A DNA stretch of 64,000 bases from Heterodontus francisci (taxonomy: Eukaryota), in assembly GCF_036365525.1 (NCBI RefSeq), contig NC_090389.1:54009885-54073884 (forward strand), read 5' to 3'. The translations under genes were made by a program, and so were the position numbers. A model generated the notes under the pieces. It was given only the letters and a program-made list of their open reading frames with translations, was not told the DNA's origin and made no database searches. Shown here one piece after another: positions 61,646-64,000 of this stretch (positions within the stretch are counted from its first letter, which is position 1; the number at the start of each line of letters is the position of its first letter).

Positions 61646-63355
61646 GTACACACTGCAACACAGAGCGCCAGTGCTGGAGGGAGTGATTATTTAAGGTGGT
61701 GGATGGGGTGTGAATCAAGTAGGTGGCTTTGTCCTGGATGGTGTTGAGCTTCTTGAGTGCTGTTGGAGCTGCACTCAACCAGGCAAGTAGAGAGTATTCC
61801 ATCACACTCCTGTGTTATACCTTGTAGATGGTAGACTGGCTTTGGGGAGTCAGATGGTGAGTCATTCGCCACAGGATATCGAGCCCCTGGCCTGCTGTTG
61901 TAGCCACAGTATTTATATGGCTGGTCCAGTAGGTTTCTATTCAATAGTGACCCCCAGAATATTGATGGTGGGGGATTCAGTGATGATAATGCAGTGTTGA
62001 ATGTCAAGGGGAGGTGGTTAGACTCTGTTGTGTTGGAAATGGTTATTGCCCAGCATTTGTGTAGTGAAAATGTTATTTGCTAAGTTGTTATATTATTCCT
62101 TTCATTCCTATGAAACAGCTGTAATGCAGCCACGGACTGTTTCATCATCTGAGGTGTTGCAAATGGTGCTGAACACTATGCAATCATCAGCGAACATCCC
62201 CACTTTTGACCTTATGAAGGGAAGCTGATTGATGAAGCAGCTGAAGATGGTTGGGCCTAGGACACTACCCTGAAGAACTCCTGCAGTGATGTCCTGAGGC
62301 TGAGATGATTGGCCTCCAACAACCATGACCTTTGTGCTAGTATGACTCCATCCAGTGGAAAGTTTACCCCCGATTCCCATAACTTTCAATTTTACTTTTT
62401 TTTAAAAGTCATTTCATGGGATGCGGGTGTCTCTGGCAGGGCTAGAATTTGTTGCCCATCCCTAATTGCCCTTGAGTATGTGGTTATGAGCTGTCTTCTT
62501 GAACCACTGCAGTCTATCTGGTGCAGGTACACCTACAGTGCTGTTAGGGAGGGAGTTCCAGGATTTTGAAGGAATAGCGATATAGCACTCCTTGATGCCA
62601 CACTCAGTGAAATGTTGCCTTGATGTCAAGGGCAATGGCTTTCAACACACCTCTGGAATTCAGCTCTTTTGTCCATGTTTGGACCAAGGCTGTAATGAGG
62701 TCAGGAGCTGAGCAGCCCTGGCGGAACCCAAACTGAGGACCATTGAACAGGGTATTAGTGAGCAAATGTTACTTGATAGCATTGTCAACAACACTTTCCA
62801 TCACTTTGCTGATAATTGAGAGTACATTGGGGTGGTAATTGGCCAGATTGGATTTGTCCTGCTTTTTGTGGACAATTTTTCCCTTTATTGGATAAATGCC
62901 TGAGTTGTAGCTGTATTAGAACAGCTTGGCTAGAGGCTCAACCAGCTCTGGAGCGCAAGACCTCAGAACTACAGCCCAGATATTGTCAGCACCCACAGCC
63001 TTTGCTGAGTCCAGTGCGCTCAGCTGTTTCTTTATCACGTGGAGTGAATCAAATTAGCTGAAGACTGGCATCTGTAATGGTGGGGACTTCAGAAGAAGGA
63101 TGAGGTAGATCATCCACTTGGCATTTCTAGCTGAAGATAGTTGCAAATGCTTCACTCTTATCTTTTGCACTGATGTGCTGGGGTTTGCCATCACTAAGGA
63201 TGGGGATGTTCATGGAGTCTCCTCCTTGTGCTAATTGGTTAATTGTCCACCCTTCACAACTGGTTAGCAGACCTTTGATCTGATCCATTGGTTGTGGGAT
63301 TGGCTCTGCTGTTTAGCATGCATGTAGTTCTATGTCAATAAAAGCAAAATACTGC

Positions 63356-64000
63356 TGTTACAACCGAGGCCGGAGGAGTGCACTGTTAATTCAATCCCAC
63401 TTCTCCACGAGTCACAGCATATCAATACATTTTCCCACCTACCAAAAAACAGCCAATTACATACTCTATTCATCCCCCAGAATAAAGCACAGCAACCAGG
63501 TTTCTTTAATCAACAACAAAATTAACTATTTATTATAAACACATCTTAACCAGTAATGAGATAACTCTATACACGAGAAGCTCCTTATTTTCCTGGCCCT
63601 CATGCGCACACACATACATTTTTTAAAAATGGTTAACTGGGGAAAAAGGATTTTTGGTTTGCCGCTGTTTCATAGGAATGAAAGGAATAATAAAATAACC
63701 TAGGTTGTCACGTTCTGGTAGGAAGTTCTTCGGTTTGGTGAGGTGTCCCAGAGTCAAATATTCGGATGCCACTCAAAGTCTCTCCAGGCGAGGTTGATGA
63801 ACAGTTTGTGATGGGTAGGCATTCAAGACAATTCAGCTGCAGCAGGATTCACGTAGGTCTTTCATCAGGGGTGTAGCAACAAGTCTACTTAGGTTTTACA
63901 GCAGCAGGATAGCAGGAGAAGATTTCTTCAGATTTCAAGATTTCTTAAAACACAGGAGGCAACAGGAACCACTTGATGTAGGGATTCTTCAGAGACAGGG
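63356..64000 (-). mobile_element. LTR running off the window end
   Basis: Starts TGTTACAACC with a terminal hairpin, has TTTATT and CA-rich blocks arranged like the other minus-strand LTRs. Confidence 0.6.

Larger units (their letters stand above)
57895..63330 (-). mobile_element. CR1-group LINE (second family), hosting nested LTRs
   Basis: 3' tail at 57895, then MEYSLLAWLSAAPTALKKL and QGSVLGPTIFSCFIN..MFADD. Confidence 0.78.

Overview
This is repeat-rich vertebrate genomic DNA, most likely from a shark or other cartilaginous fish. That is inferred from HE1-like V-SINEs, CR1 LINEs and Penelope fragments. The only host gene I can support is the 3' part of a FAM3-family (ILEI/GG-fold) gene on the + strand, probably FAM3D-like. 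It has six GT-AG coding exons from 7305 to 28084 that splice in frame; its 5' exons were not found. Most of the rest is nested transposable elements: several CR1-type LINEs, L2, two young RTE LINEs, Penelope pieces, six tRNA-derived SINEs, three decayed PIF/Harbinger elements, one non-autonomous hAT element, a gag-protease-only Gmr1-like Gypsy provirus and about ten solo LTRs. I found no convincing new protein-coding system. The best leads are structural: a roughly 65-bp TGT..ACA hairpin closing LTRs of otherwise dissimilar sequence, LTR-in-LTR nesting, a 235-bp target-site duplication, and templated inverted or stuttered repair scars. Coordinates were read by eye: exon and TSD boundaries are exact, while old repeat boundaries are approximate.
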